Positions 51,343-63,557 of a stretch of DNA of 64,000 bases are shown in pieces. Both the position numbers and the translations under genes were made by a program. Each line of letters begins with the position of its first letter. Position 1 is the first letter of the stretch. The notes beneath the pieces were generated by a model. The model made no database searches. It had not been told where the DNA came from and saw nothing but the letters and a program-made list of their open reading frames with translations. Origin of the DNA: Paraphysomonas bandaiensis (Eukaryota > Protista > Chrysophyceae); the NCBI GenBank assembly GCA_965644295.1, contig CBFFRP010000379.1:62001-126000 (forward strand), given 5' to 3'.

Positions 51343-51434
51343 CAGCCCACTCGCGATATAACGCGATTAGGGTTGGCGAAAGAAAATAATCGCGATATAT
51401 AATACAGGAATCGCGTTATATCGCGAGTGGGCTG
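51343..51434. mobile_element. 92-bp Tc1/mariner-pogo-type MITE
   Basis: Perfect 26-bp TIRs cagcccactcgcgatataacgcgatt / aatcgcgttatatcgcgagtgggctg, flanked by TA on both sides. Confidence 0.88.
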
Positions 51435-51854
51435 TACACACACATTAGTAATTTCATAAACTGAATACCTTTTAAAGATTCTCTTCCACATATTCCAACC
51501 ATTTCTTGAAATGTGACATGAATTCTCCATATGAACATCTTCTCTATATGTATGTATATACTGACTGGTGCTTATGTATAGAAATAGACGTACATCTGAT
51601 CCCATAATTCCAAACCAGTCATATAGAACTCTACTATACTATAAAGAAGGTATAGAAGAGAACAACATATCAGTTCATTAGATTGAGTTGATTAAACGTA
51701 TTTAAACGTATTGTTATCACTTCGTTGCATCTTTATATGCAACATTGTATCCATAACAAAATCAATCAATCAACATACAATTTCATAAGAAAAAGTCGTA
51801 TAAGAAGACGACTTTATATTAAAAATCAATTAATTTATATAAAAGAAAGTTAAT

Positions 51855-54768
51855 ATGATTAATATTGCCGGTACAACACCTGTAGATGATCCCTCATATA
51901 GGTATAAGATGCCACGGATCATACCTAAAGTAGAAGGTAGAGGGAATGGTATTAAGACCGTGTTAGTTAATGTATCTGATATTGCAACTGCGCTGAATCG
52001 GGATGCATCAGAAATTACAAAGTTTTTTGGATGTGAATTAGGTGCACAAACGACAATGAGTGTGGATGATGACAGATATATAGTCAATGGTGCTCACAGT
52101 ACGGGTGATCTTCAGAACTTTATGCATCGTTATATAGAGTCTTTTGTCCTGTGCAAAAACTGTCGTTTGCCTGAGACTCATTACAAGATCAAGAATGGGA
52201 TCATCTGTCAAAAGTGTATGGCTTGTGGCTCTAAGGACCCCTGTGATATGACTCATAAGCTTACCACGTTTATTCTAAAGCAACACAAAAAGGCAAAAGA
52301 GTCAAAAGACAAGGAGTCAAAGAAAGACAAGAAGAAGAGCAAAAAGTCGAAGTCAAAGGATGAAGGGGAAGCGAAGGAGGAAGAAGAAGAAGACAGCAAA
52401 CCAGCTGCATCCAAGGTGAAGAAAGAGAAGAAAGTGAAGAAGAAATCGAAGTCGAAAGAGGAAGTTGCAGAGGAAGAAGATGAGGACGTTGAGATGGATA
52501 CAGAGAGCGAGGCCACAGGTACACATTGATTCATGACAGAAATTTACATGTATAGTTGTATGGTATAGTAGTGAGGAATGGTAATGGTGAGAGTTTCTGT
52601 TTGTTCTGGGAAATTGAACCCTCCTAGAAGCACAGTCACTTATGGACCACAACCTGAACAGATATCTGAACTATACCGTACTGTTGTTATGTGATATATA
52701 TGTAGTTGTATGGTATAGTAGTGAGGAATGGTAATGGTGAGAGTTTCTGTTTGTTCTGGGAAATTGAACCCTCCTGGAAGCACAGTCACCTATGGACCAC
52801 AACCTGAACAGATATCTGAACTATACCGTACTGTTGTTATGTGATATATATGTAGTTACATGGTATAGTAGTGAGGAATGGTAATGGTGAGAGTTTCTGT
52901 TTGTTCTGGGAAATTGAACCCTCCTAGAAGCACAGTCACTTATGGACCACAACCTGAACAGATATCTGAACTATACCGTACTGTTGTTATGTGATATATA
53001 TGTGGTTGTATGGTATAGTAGTGAGGAATGGTAATGGTGAGAGTTTCTGTTTGTTCTGGGAAATTGAACCCTCCTGGAAGCACAGTCACTTATGGACCAC
53101 AACCTGAACAGATATCTGAACTATACTGTACTGTTGTTATGTGATATATATGTAGTTGTATGGTATAGTAGTGAGGAATGGTAATGGTGAGAGTTTCTGT
53201 TTGTTCTGGGAAATTGAACCCTCCTAGAAGCACAGTCACTTATGGACCACAACCTGAACAGATATCTGAACTATACCGTACTGTTGTTATGTGATATATA
53301 TGTAGTTGTATGGTATAGTAGTGAGGAATGGTAATGGTGAGAGTTTCTGTTTGTTCTGGGAAATTGAACCCTCCTAGAAGCACAGTCACTTATGGACCAC
53401 AACCTGAACAGATATCTGAACTATACCGTACTGTTGTTATGTGATATATATGTAGTTGTATGGTATAGTAGTGAGGAATGGTAATGGTGAGAGTTTCTGT
53501 TTGTTCTGGGAAATTGAACCCTCCTAGAAGCACAGTCACTTATGGACCACAACCTGAACAGATATCTGAACTATACCGTACTGTTGTTATGTGATATATA
53601 TGTAGTTGTATGGTATAGTAGTGAGGAATGGTAATGGTGAGAGTTTCTGTTTGTTCTGGGAAATTGAACCCTCCTAGAAGCACAGTCACTTATGGACCAC
53701 AACCTGAACAGATATCTGAACTATACCGTACTGTTGTTATGTGATATATATGTAGTTGTATGGTATAGTAGTGAGGAATGGTAATGGTGAGAGTTTCTGT
53801 TTGTTCTGGGAAATTGAACCCTCCTAGAAGCACAGTCACTTATGGACCACAACCTGAACAGATATCTGAACTATACCGTACTGTTGTTATGTGATATATA
53901 TGTAGTTGTATGGTATAGTAGTGAGGAATGGTAATGGTGAGAGTTTCTGTTTGTTCTGGGAAATTGAACCCTCCTGGAAGCACAGTCACTTATGGACCAC
54001 AACCTGAACAGATATCTGAACTATACTGTACTGTTGTTATGTGATATAGTTTATATGCGTTCAAGATTTGTTGAATGTCTATTTTTCTAATCTATACTTA
54101 CTGTTTTAGATGCTGCGATTGAGCAATTCAAGCTCTGGCTGAATAATAATATATCCCCATCTCCGGCTACTGGTGTTCTTCTGCCGAAGCAGCAACATCT
54201 TGCAGCTGTCGTTGAGGAACTGCGGTCGATTCAGACGCTGTCGTCGTTGCGTCCTTCTGATAGGGCTATAATTTACATCGGTGCAACATTTTCCCCTACG
54301 TCCATAGCAGACAATGATGTTAAGAAGCACAAGGATGTGCTTGGTATGCTTGCACCCAAGGATAATGAGATTCAGCAACGTCATCTTATTGCGGTATGTC
54401 TTAAATAAGCATTCTTGCACTCACGCTGTTGTATATGCTACGCCAATTCAATCGTATCTTTTGTAATTTATCTTGAGCAGGCTGCGGAATGGTTCTGCGG
54501 TACTCGCTATCCCGATTTGCTTCGTATGTTTCCTGTGCTGTTGAAGCAATTGTATGATGAAGATTTGGTAGAAGAAGAGGCTTTCTACGCCTGGCATACG
54601 GATCTTACCCGTAATGAGTTTACTGCCGAGCAGAGCATGATAACTCTGGAAACGTTGGAGCAACTCAAAGAAGCTGCCCAACTCTTTGTTGTCTGGCTGC
54701 AAGAGGCAGATGAAGAAGGGGATAGTGAGGACGAGTCGGGGGAAGATGATGACGAGGAAGATGCCTGA
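51855..54768 (+). CDS. EIF5: Translation initiation factor 5, 3 exons
   Basis: DDPSYRYKMP..KVEGRGNGIKT, TKFFGCELGAQ, zinc finger CKNC..CMACG, Lys-rich linker and W2 domain LYDEDLVEEE..W..WLQEA. Introns 52519-54109 and 54394-54480. Confidence 0.96.
52551..54048. repeat. 150-bp tandem satellite, 10 copies, inside eIF5 intron 1
   Basis: Exact 150-bp period visible in the sequence; units differ by only a few substitutions. Confidence 0.99.
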
Positions 54769-55656
54769 CGACCTTGGGTTATTTATGAAATACTAGCTAT
54801 CTGCTTGGATTGTGGGGTATGGCTGATACATTATTTCTCATTTAGTACGGGGAGCCGGCCTTCGGCCAACAATGAATTGTATATGCATAAGATGATGATA
54901 TTATGTTCTCATATGTGATATATTTAATGAATCATCTCTACGCACCTTGTGTGTGACACATTTGCAACAATTTAGCACGTATGACACTTCTTTACTCGAC
55001 ATTGTGTTAGCTAAAACTCTATAGTTAAGACGTACAATATTACTTTCACCGAAAACAACAATAATTTACACATATTATTTAGAGCTCCACCAAATTGGAG
55101 CCGATCCGGCTTATCTGTTGCTATTGACTATAGACCATTTTCAGACAATGAAGTTCGTTTTAAGAGAAGTTAAGTTAGTCAAACTAGATAGATTATTATA
55201 ATATAATAATAATAAGATTATTATGTAAACGTTATATATTATATATACAGTAACTTCGTCAGAGAAAACGACTAAAAAACAGCAATGGGAAATTGTGACA
55301 GAACCTACAACCGAATTGGTGGATCAAGGCGCTCTCTCATCTGAGAATGTTGTGACCGGTAAACGTCGACGTAGTAGTGGGGTATCGTACAAAGAATAGC
55401 TCTATATTATGCTTGACGGAATACTTGAACTGTATAATAATATATATATATATATATGTGACTTTATTGCTGTAAAACTGATGTGATATGTAATATGCAA
55501 GAAAGTAGTAAAAAATATTATAAAAAATATTCTTCACACAATTAATATTTAGTTATAAAAAATATTCTTCATAGTTAGTTATTGTGCAATTGAAACCATA
55601 TCAAATATTTCACCAGGTTTTATACATTTCACCAGGTTTTGGTATTACCTCGACTT

Positions 55657-56563
55657 CAGGGCTGCGTATCAATTAATTGAAATTAACTGTCAATTATTGA
55701 AATTTCAATAATTGAAATAGGGATGCTTGACTTCAGCAGGCAGCCCAATACCCCGGTTACCCTTCAGGTGGGCCCTGCCCCGGATGCCCTTGAGGTCGGA
55801 TGCCTGTTTATTCATCAGGACCCAAAGACGTCTACACAAGTGACACTTATTGGTGTCCCTTGTACCACACAAGCATTCGGCTATGAGTGGGCAGAACATT
55901 ATCTGCTGCCTATGTTTGCGGCTCACGTTAGTTTCCCAGAGAGAATCTCTCCGGTACTTATCCCCCAGAACACCACGAAAAGGTGCGAGTCCGACTTTGT
56001 TGAGGGTGATAATGGATGATCTTCCCTTTTCTTTCGTGGAAAAAACATTGACACGACAGAACACCAGGTTGAGTAATATTATAAGATCAATATTAATGAG
56101 GTATATGTAGAAGTCTTGAACTTAGAGGTCGAATGCAAGATCAAAGAAATGCTTCCAATGCATTTCGGTTTGATTGTTGATGGATGGAAGCAAGGAACGT
56201 GATGGATGATGGCTAGTTCAGAATGACGACGGAGTGCAACATTAGATTGATGGTAGCAAGCAGCGGAATCGAGCACATCTGAATCAGCAAACTCGTTGCC
56301 ACAGTATGAAGTACTTGCATGCCACAACAACCAACAAGGTTGAAAGATTGTTCAGTAGAGCTAAGATTGTTGTGACTGATTTGCATTTAGAATTACTTAT
56401 GTTATTACGCATGAACCGTCGCCTCTGGAATGAAATGACAGTTGAGGTAGCTATATTGGCAAGTAATGTAGTTCAGTACTAATTGCAACAATTGAAATTT
56501 AGACAGCAAGTACTAATTGCAATATTAATGACTAGAACCGCAATTAATTGATACGCAGCCCTG
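55657..56563 (+). mobile_element. Non-autonomous hAT element with both TIRs and a nested retroposon
   Basis: TIRs cagggctgcgtatcaattaattg / caattaattgatacgcagccctg (23-bp perfect); transposase C-terminal remnant at 56310-56470; no matching TSD. Confidence 0.85.
55720..56006 (-). mobile_element. Ribozyme-headed retroposon copy 2 (head 55919-56006), lacking the 3' tail
   Basis: Reverse complement aligns with 22446-22720. Confidence 0.9.
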
Positions 56564-56875
56564 ATACCCACTATACTTGTTTAGGTAAGAAAGTATTTAT
56601 GGGTGCATATTAAAAGAAACATATATCTATAAATTTATACTATTATGTACTATAATTACACATAAGGTTGTGAGATATCTTCTGCAAGTGTGGATCTACT
56701 GATGTCCCTGTTGGATATGGTCATATTGATAGATAATGACATAACGGAACAAGATTTTCACTCTATGCGGATATCTTATAAATCTCGCATCAATCACCAA
56801 TTTCATGTTAATTCTACTACCACACATTTTTCGTAAGATCTTCGTCACTGCCTCGTCAATATATTTCAATACCCT

Positions 56876-59800
56876 TTACGACGCATCAATACGAAGTATT
56901 CTTTCCACTATACGAGTAATTAGAATTTCCTTCTTACACACATTCTCGTCACTTGGGTTTTTAACTTTCACTACCAACACTGACTCAATCTCAGCCCTTA
57001 ACTTTCGTATCAGTGCCGCATGTAGCTCGGATATCCGCAGATGAATCCACCCATTCACAATCACTTTGCTGCGCTCAGAGGACTTGGACAATTCACTAAA
57101 GCTCTCACCAAATAAGAGGGTCGCTATAGGAGAAATATGTGTACAGTCGTATATTTGGTGAGCTGGTGAAGCCACCTGCAAATGAAATGATTATCATATA
57201 TCGTGTGTGCATTTCGCTACCATACACGACATTTAAGTAATTGTGTAATAAGTTGTGACCTGACGTTTTATAGTATGTATACTTCACACCATGGTGCATA
57301 ATTACGCGGTTAATATTATGCATGCATATGATGTGTGCGAGGTATATCGCTACGTGGTACAGAAAAGGGTGAATGGAAGAGGTGTATCGTGTGATGTGGT
57401 AACTGTAATAATAGAAAAAGAAAATGAGTAATCACACGCAAGTCACCTTCATAAAGTATGCCAGATACATATCTCTTCGTCTTTCCTGTTCAATTCCATC
57501 TCCAAGCAAATTTCCAGTGTGTCTGATACCATATATAAGTCACAAATTCATACCTTACACGTCATACAAACACCACAACTTCTATATTCACATCTTGTCT
57601 GATGAAACATAATTTATAAAATTCATTAAGAAAATTACCGTTTAAGAATACTTGTTGGATGTATTGATATCTCTTCCTCTTCACTACCCAGAATTTTCTG
57701 TACTAGTCTGTTGGTGGTATTTCCTCTAGTGGATGAAGTCTTCACCATTTTCTGCACCATACAAACTCTGGCCAAACGCGGGAACAATCCTGCGAGAATA
57801 TACATGAAGCCCAAGCGCACCATTATCAAGGCGTATACGACATGATAGTTAGCTACATATAAAAAGGAGCAGAGTAGACACACTGGCAGTATATATATTG
57901 TGAGCAGTAAATGTTGTAGAATAGCTCAAACTATTCGCCAGGGTACACTAATATGACCCAAATAAGTTGCTGACATTCGTTCTTACCTGCACAGATTACA
58001 CAACGAACAATATCTTCTGACCCAGAAAATTCATTCTCTGATACTAAAATACTGCTACTATTTTGAACATTGCCCTCCTCTCGGCTAACGCTATTGATGT
58101 TGTCATTCAAAGGGGTAATCAGTTGTGCATCGCTTAAGTATCGCCTAAATTGCTCGCGAAGACCTTTGATATCTTGTAGGGCAGAGGCAGAAAGATAATT
58201 TTCTTTGGCAAAATTATAGGCTGCCCCAGATCCTTTAGTCTCGTAAACTTCATTCCAGGCATTGTACATATTCACGATGGCGATGTGATCTGAAATTGGA
58301 TAATACGAGGATGATAGTGGAATACAGGACTTTTCATTAGTGCAAAATGAAGTGTGTATCCTGGTCGCATCTTCACGCTTGTCTATTGGACTGACAAGAG
58401 GGCTCTTTCCTCCTAGGCTTGCTGCTATGGTAAGAACAGGGTCTAGACAATGAAACATACATCCATAAATCAGCATTTTACCCAGTCGTACATCAACGGG
58501 TAGGTGACTAAGATGTAACCCAAGTGGGGTGACGGAATAAGAATATGGTTGGGTGATAGCATCACACATCGCAGCCTGAGAGGATTCCTTTGATATTGTA
58601 ATGGCACCTATATCACGAAGTACTACTAGTGCCTCTCTAATTTGAGAGCGGTCGGGAGGGTCCAGGCATGAAGAGAGAAACTCAAAGGGATTACCAAGTT
58701 TAAGTATGAGAATCTGATAAACCAAATCAGCCACATATGACTACAAGGTACATAGTATGGCACACCTCTACATGTATACATGAACGGTTTCGGATGTGAC
58801 AATTAGTAAACACAATGCATACTATATCAGTAGCAACTATGGTCACACATAATACCTGTAGGCAAACGTCTTCCAATGGAGCTCGCTTTATTTCAGGTAA
58901 GGAGTAGTCTTCACACCGACTGCTATCCATCCATTCCTCAGAGAACAAACGCCAACACGTACCGGCCCTAACTCGACCTGTGTAATATGCAACTAGATCA
59001 TATATAGATAGATAAATGTGGTACATTTCATAGCGTGCACTGACAACACACATGAGGTTGCTCTGCAATGATAGACTAAATCTATATCACTTCACATTGC
59101 GCACCTGCTCTACCAGCCCTTTGCTGCAGTGAAGCTCGAGATGCTTTAGTAGTCAATAGAGTGGAAAGTTTACTTGACGGGTCAAATCGCATCTCACGTA
59201 CCAAACCTATATGCAACATCAATTCGGCTCACAGCATTATGAGATCGAACTATATAAAATAAAATAAAACGACAACTATGGATGAGACGATAGATGGTAT
59301 TAAAACATACAGTAATATGAAAACGCCCCACATACGGTAGTAAACAAATCAAGCATGCCCTCTACGCACCACAGTCTACAACATGCGTTACGTCATCCAC
59401 TGTAACAGAAGATTCAGCAATGTTAGTGGATAAGACCACTTTCCATTCGCCTAACTTCGTTCTACAAAAAACCCGCCGCTGTTGGTCTGGAGGCAAGGAA
59501 CTATGCAACATATACACCTGTGGACATTGAACCATGCATATTACTACCACAGCAACACACCAATCCATTCGAATGCATATGTGCACACACAGTAGAACAT
59601 ACCTTGGCATTCATTGTACTCAGCACACGCCGTGACCTAAGTATCTTACTGATTTTATCTATTGCCTGTATCCCAGGTAGAAAGACTAGTATAGCATTGC
59701 CCCTATCAGAACTTGTATTTCCACAAGACGTTTGATTCCGATTACGACTACGGTTCGTTTCTGTTTGTATTAGTCGTATAATGAATTCTGCGATCAACTC

Positions 59801-61926
59801 TTCATTACATATCGGGGGGGCGGAGAGATCCCCTCGCCCAGCAGCTATTCTTCTTCCTGTATTTCCTCTGCCACGCCCACCTCTTCCTTTCATCGAGGAT
59901 CCTATAGACAATACGTCTTCTTCAACCACTCCGGAGCTATTCTGACTGCGTTGACCAGAGGTCACAACTGCACGGATATCCGACATATACTTCAGTGTCA
60001 CCGGGAAGCAGCGCCCAGGAACACGCAATACCGGACAAGAAAAGTACTCACACAGAGAATCACCATGAAGAGTAGCACTCATAAGTATCTGAAAAAGAGT
60101 CTCAGTGAAACAGGAAATAATAATGAAACATAATTCACGACAACAAACGCAAGAGAGTCACGTTACTACGTTGTAGCATGTATGTACACTGCTATACCAG
60201 CTTCAAGTTGTTTCTTAACTGAACTTCCTTTCGAAGAATCGCCATTAGAAAATCAGTCTCAATTTGACGTTCATGCACCTCGTCCTTCATTCACATAATT
60301 AGTCATACATACCAAAAGATTCCATAAATAATTCGGGTGTGGTATATAACACGTCCATCACAACAATACACGAGCTCGTACCATTATCACATGTGATACG
60401 CTGTTCAAAAAGTTTGGTTGCTTTAGTTTTCTGAGAAGAATACCAGTGGTGCAGTAAAGTATTCTCGTATTCTGAGATCGAGCGGATTTCAGCCTAATTT
60501 GATAACCCACAGTGTCACCCACGGTCGACTCCAGTCGCTCATTTGCCACTCTCTCAGCAACAGACATGGCAGCTATGCGACGAGGTTGCGTACAGATAAT
60601 AAAACACTCGGATCCACGATTAGAATGTATCATATCATCTAGAATAATCTGGGGAACCTGAGTAGTTTTACTGCACACAAACAATATCAGAAATAGATTA
60701 TGGGATCTCCAAACTAGTATGTATAATGTACAATGTGCCTATAATACATATTATACTATTTGGATTTGTATGATGCCAAGGCAAGACACGACACTACTTG
60801 GTACTAAAAACCACTACCTATACAGCGTATCAATTCATATAGGGTACAATACCACACAGATATATTCTTCGGTCATTCCATACCCGCATCCAGTTTCACC
60901 AATCAAAGTCAGCACATTGGATTCCTGCAGCGCAGTCAGCAAACTATCCTTCGCTTCGTACATTGGTAGCACAGCTCTTGAGTTATCACGCATCAAAGCA
61001 TATTCCGGTTTGGCTTCTAGCTCTTGCTGAGCTTGCAGCATCGCAGCACTGACATCCAGATTAGGAGTAAGAGACACCGCCTCCTCGGGAGGCTCGTCGA
61101 CAGGATCATTCGCGCATGGGTCGCAGTCCGAATCCGACTGATCACTGTGATCCGATTCATCCTGGCAGTCATCATTCACACTATGTGGTGCAGGTTCATC
61201 AACTCTTTCCTCAGATTGAGTCACTTGTGGAGAATTTTGCTGGAGCATAGCTCGTAGCATAATGTGGGTATCATTCGGCATACTCTCTAAGTCGCCATCA
61301 AGAAGAGGTTTGTTTTCGGGAAGGACATGTAAGAACTTGAGCTTTTTACTTGTCTTCAATTTATTTTGCACTGTCTTGCACAGCTCTGCAATGTCCATTG
61401 TACGTGGTATAACAATACGTTTAGTTACAGAGCTTTTCTCTGCAGATATTTGCAAACTCAGCGGTCCACTCAGATCCTTCTGAATTGAATTGGCTTCTGG
61501 TTGTTGAGATTGATACGCTTCTACTTTTAATTTCTTTTGTTCAGATTTTAAGATTGATTTCCGTTCTTTTGCATCTTTTAATTGTTTCCGATCATCACGA
61601 AGAATTTTCTTAATAATTTTTCTTTTCATTCCATCAGTTAAACTCTCTGTATATGTATGTCTATCATCATCATCATCATGATTACCATCATCATCATCAT
61701 CTGCAGTAGCAGCAACAGAAGTAGCATCTGTCGTATCATTAGCATTCAATTTTTTCTTATTCTTTTTATTAATTTGATTAATTTTATAAAGTAATTGAAG
61801 TATTTCATTCTCATCACGATGACTTAGTGAGATATGTGTGATAGTGCCTGCTCGAATCTGTACTTTATAGTTCTTATTGGATTGTTTATTAGGGATAGTA
61901 TGAGAGGATTTAGAAGATTTCTTCAT
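56876..61926 (-). CDS. DEAH/RHA RNA helicase (DHX29/36/57-like), multi-exon
   Basis: GETGCGKTTQ, CTQPRRIAA, TTGILLR, DEVHER, MSAT, LVFLPG, STNIAESSVT, QRAGRAGR and HA2 TPLGLHLSHLPVDVRLGKML, assembled across GT-AG introns. Start inferred at 61926. Confidence 0.93.
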
Positions 61927-62258
61927 GATTGATAAGGGTGAGGGAGGATAGTGAGATATGTGATTGAAGTCTTTAAGTTTGATTGTAGAGGTGGTTGATA
62001 TGATGGATGTATGTATGTATGTACATGCATGTATGTGTGTGTATATGTATGTATGTATGGCATAATAATATTCTTGAGGGCTGAAATATACTTGCAAGAA
62101 TTTTACTACCATATCATCCTGTTTGTCCCATCTACACATACAGAAGTAGTGCTGTACTTCGTACCTACTACGACACAGGCGTACTGCTGTACTGTACTTA
62201 CGTACCTACCTATATACCTGCATGCCTACATACTACGTCCGTACGTCCGTACGTGCAT

Positions 62259-62396
62259 GCATACATACATACATACATATATACATACATACATACATAC
62301 ATACATACATACATACATACATACATACATACATACATACATACATACATACATACATACATACATACATACCTACATACATACATACATACATAC
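62259..62396. repeat. (ATAC)n microsatellite
   Basis: Read directly. Confidence 0.98.
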
Positions 62397-62634
62397 CTTT
62401 GTCCAATCCATTCTGACTCCCGTATCCTACAGAGATACTGATAGTTGTAAACTGAAATATGTATAGTTGAATAAGCCAACTGACTTCTACACTTCGGTCC
62501 TGTGTGTTCCAGCATGTTCTTGGGTCGTATTCGAATTCCTTGTTGGATTGGATGATCTTCAATTGCTATCAACATACACAGCAATGGACTGGAATAATGA
62601 ACTATAGTGTTCTATTATTCTAGAATTACATAAC

Positions 62635-62920
62635 ATGGACGTTGAAACAAGAGGAGATCAGTAAAGCAATCGTTCCTGTGATTCTAGAATTGAAAGCAGC
62701 GTGGAAGACCGTCTGAGCAGCGTGGAAATACAGGGCCGCACTACGAGTGTGAAGATGGCTAATGCTGCCATAAGAAGACACCAGGCACTAATGGTTTTGC
62801 CTTTCGCTGATGGAACCATCCCACAAGTTGAGATTCATCCAAGCACCACACATTGGCTTGTAGCAGGGAAGAAGCTTCTTCCTAATGGCCAGCGGAACAA
62901 CTGGAATAAAAAGAAAAGTT
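62635..62920 (+). pseudogene. Fragment of a small coiled-coil protein gene, truncated by a fold-back
   Basis: VEDRLSSVEIQGRTTSVKMANAAIRRHQALMVLPFADGTIPQVEI..LLPNGQRNNWNKKKS reads as protein-like; the sequence then inverts. Confidence 0.45.
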
Positions 62921-63257
62921 GTGTGTGCTTTTCTCTTGTTCCAGTTATTCCGCTGGCCGTTTGGAAGAAGCTTGCTCCCTGCTTCAATCTAATGTGCTAT
63001 GGTTGGAGGAATCTCAACTTGTGGTAGTTGTGCCTTTGGCTGATTGAACCATCCCACAAGTTGAGATTCCTCCAACCACTACTCATTTGCTTGTAGCAGG
63101 GAAGAAGCTTCTTCCTAATGGCCAGCGGAACAACTGGAATAAAAAGAAAAGTTGTGTGTGCTTTTCTCTTGTTCCAGTTATTCCGCTGGCCATTTGGAAG
63201 TAGCTTGCTCCCTGCTTCAATCTAATGTGCTATGGTTGGAGGAATCTCAACTTGTGG
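62821..63257. repeat. Two tandem 204-nt imperfect fold-back hairpins (62821-63024 and 63054-63257; period 233 bp)
   Basis: ccacaagttgagattc..gaatctcaacttgtgg with ~97-nt arms and a short tgtgtgt loop, present twice. Confidence 0.95.
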
Positions 63258-63557
63258 TATTATTGCAGTGATAAGATGAACGTATTGAAATACCAGGTTA
63301 TTCAACCCTGGTCAAAGGAATGACTTACATGCATATTCTAAACAAATATAGTATATAGTATATAAGAGAAGATATATTGAGTATTTCTTTGTAGTTAATA
63401 AAAAACGTATTTGTTTGTTGATGATATATTCACGAGGTGAAAGTTGTTAATAGTAAGATAGTAAGTACCCCCATTCATTTGATTAAAGTAAGCAATGCAT
63501 ACTAATTCCAGTATTCTGATAGCAGCAACGCCAATACCTCAATAAAATAACAGTTTA

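Noticed and set aside
52551-54048. CRISPR array, tRNA array or retrozyme
   Set aside because: Units are identical end to end with no spacers. There is no CUGANGA/GAAA core, and the minus-strand GGTTCAATTTCC is only B-box-like with no cloverleaf.
60835-62139. ORF start at 62139
   Set aside because: The first ~70 codons cross low-complexity GTAT DNA; the Met at 61926 is more plausible.
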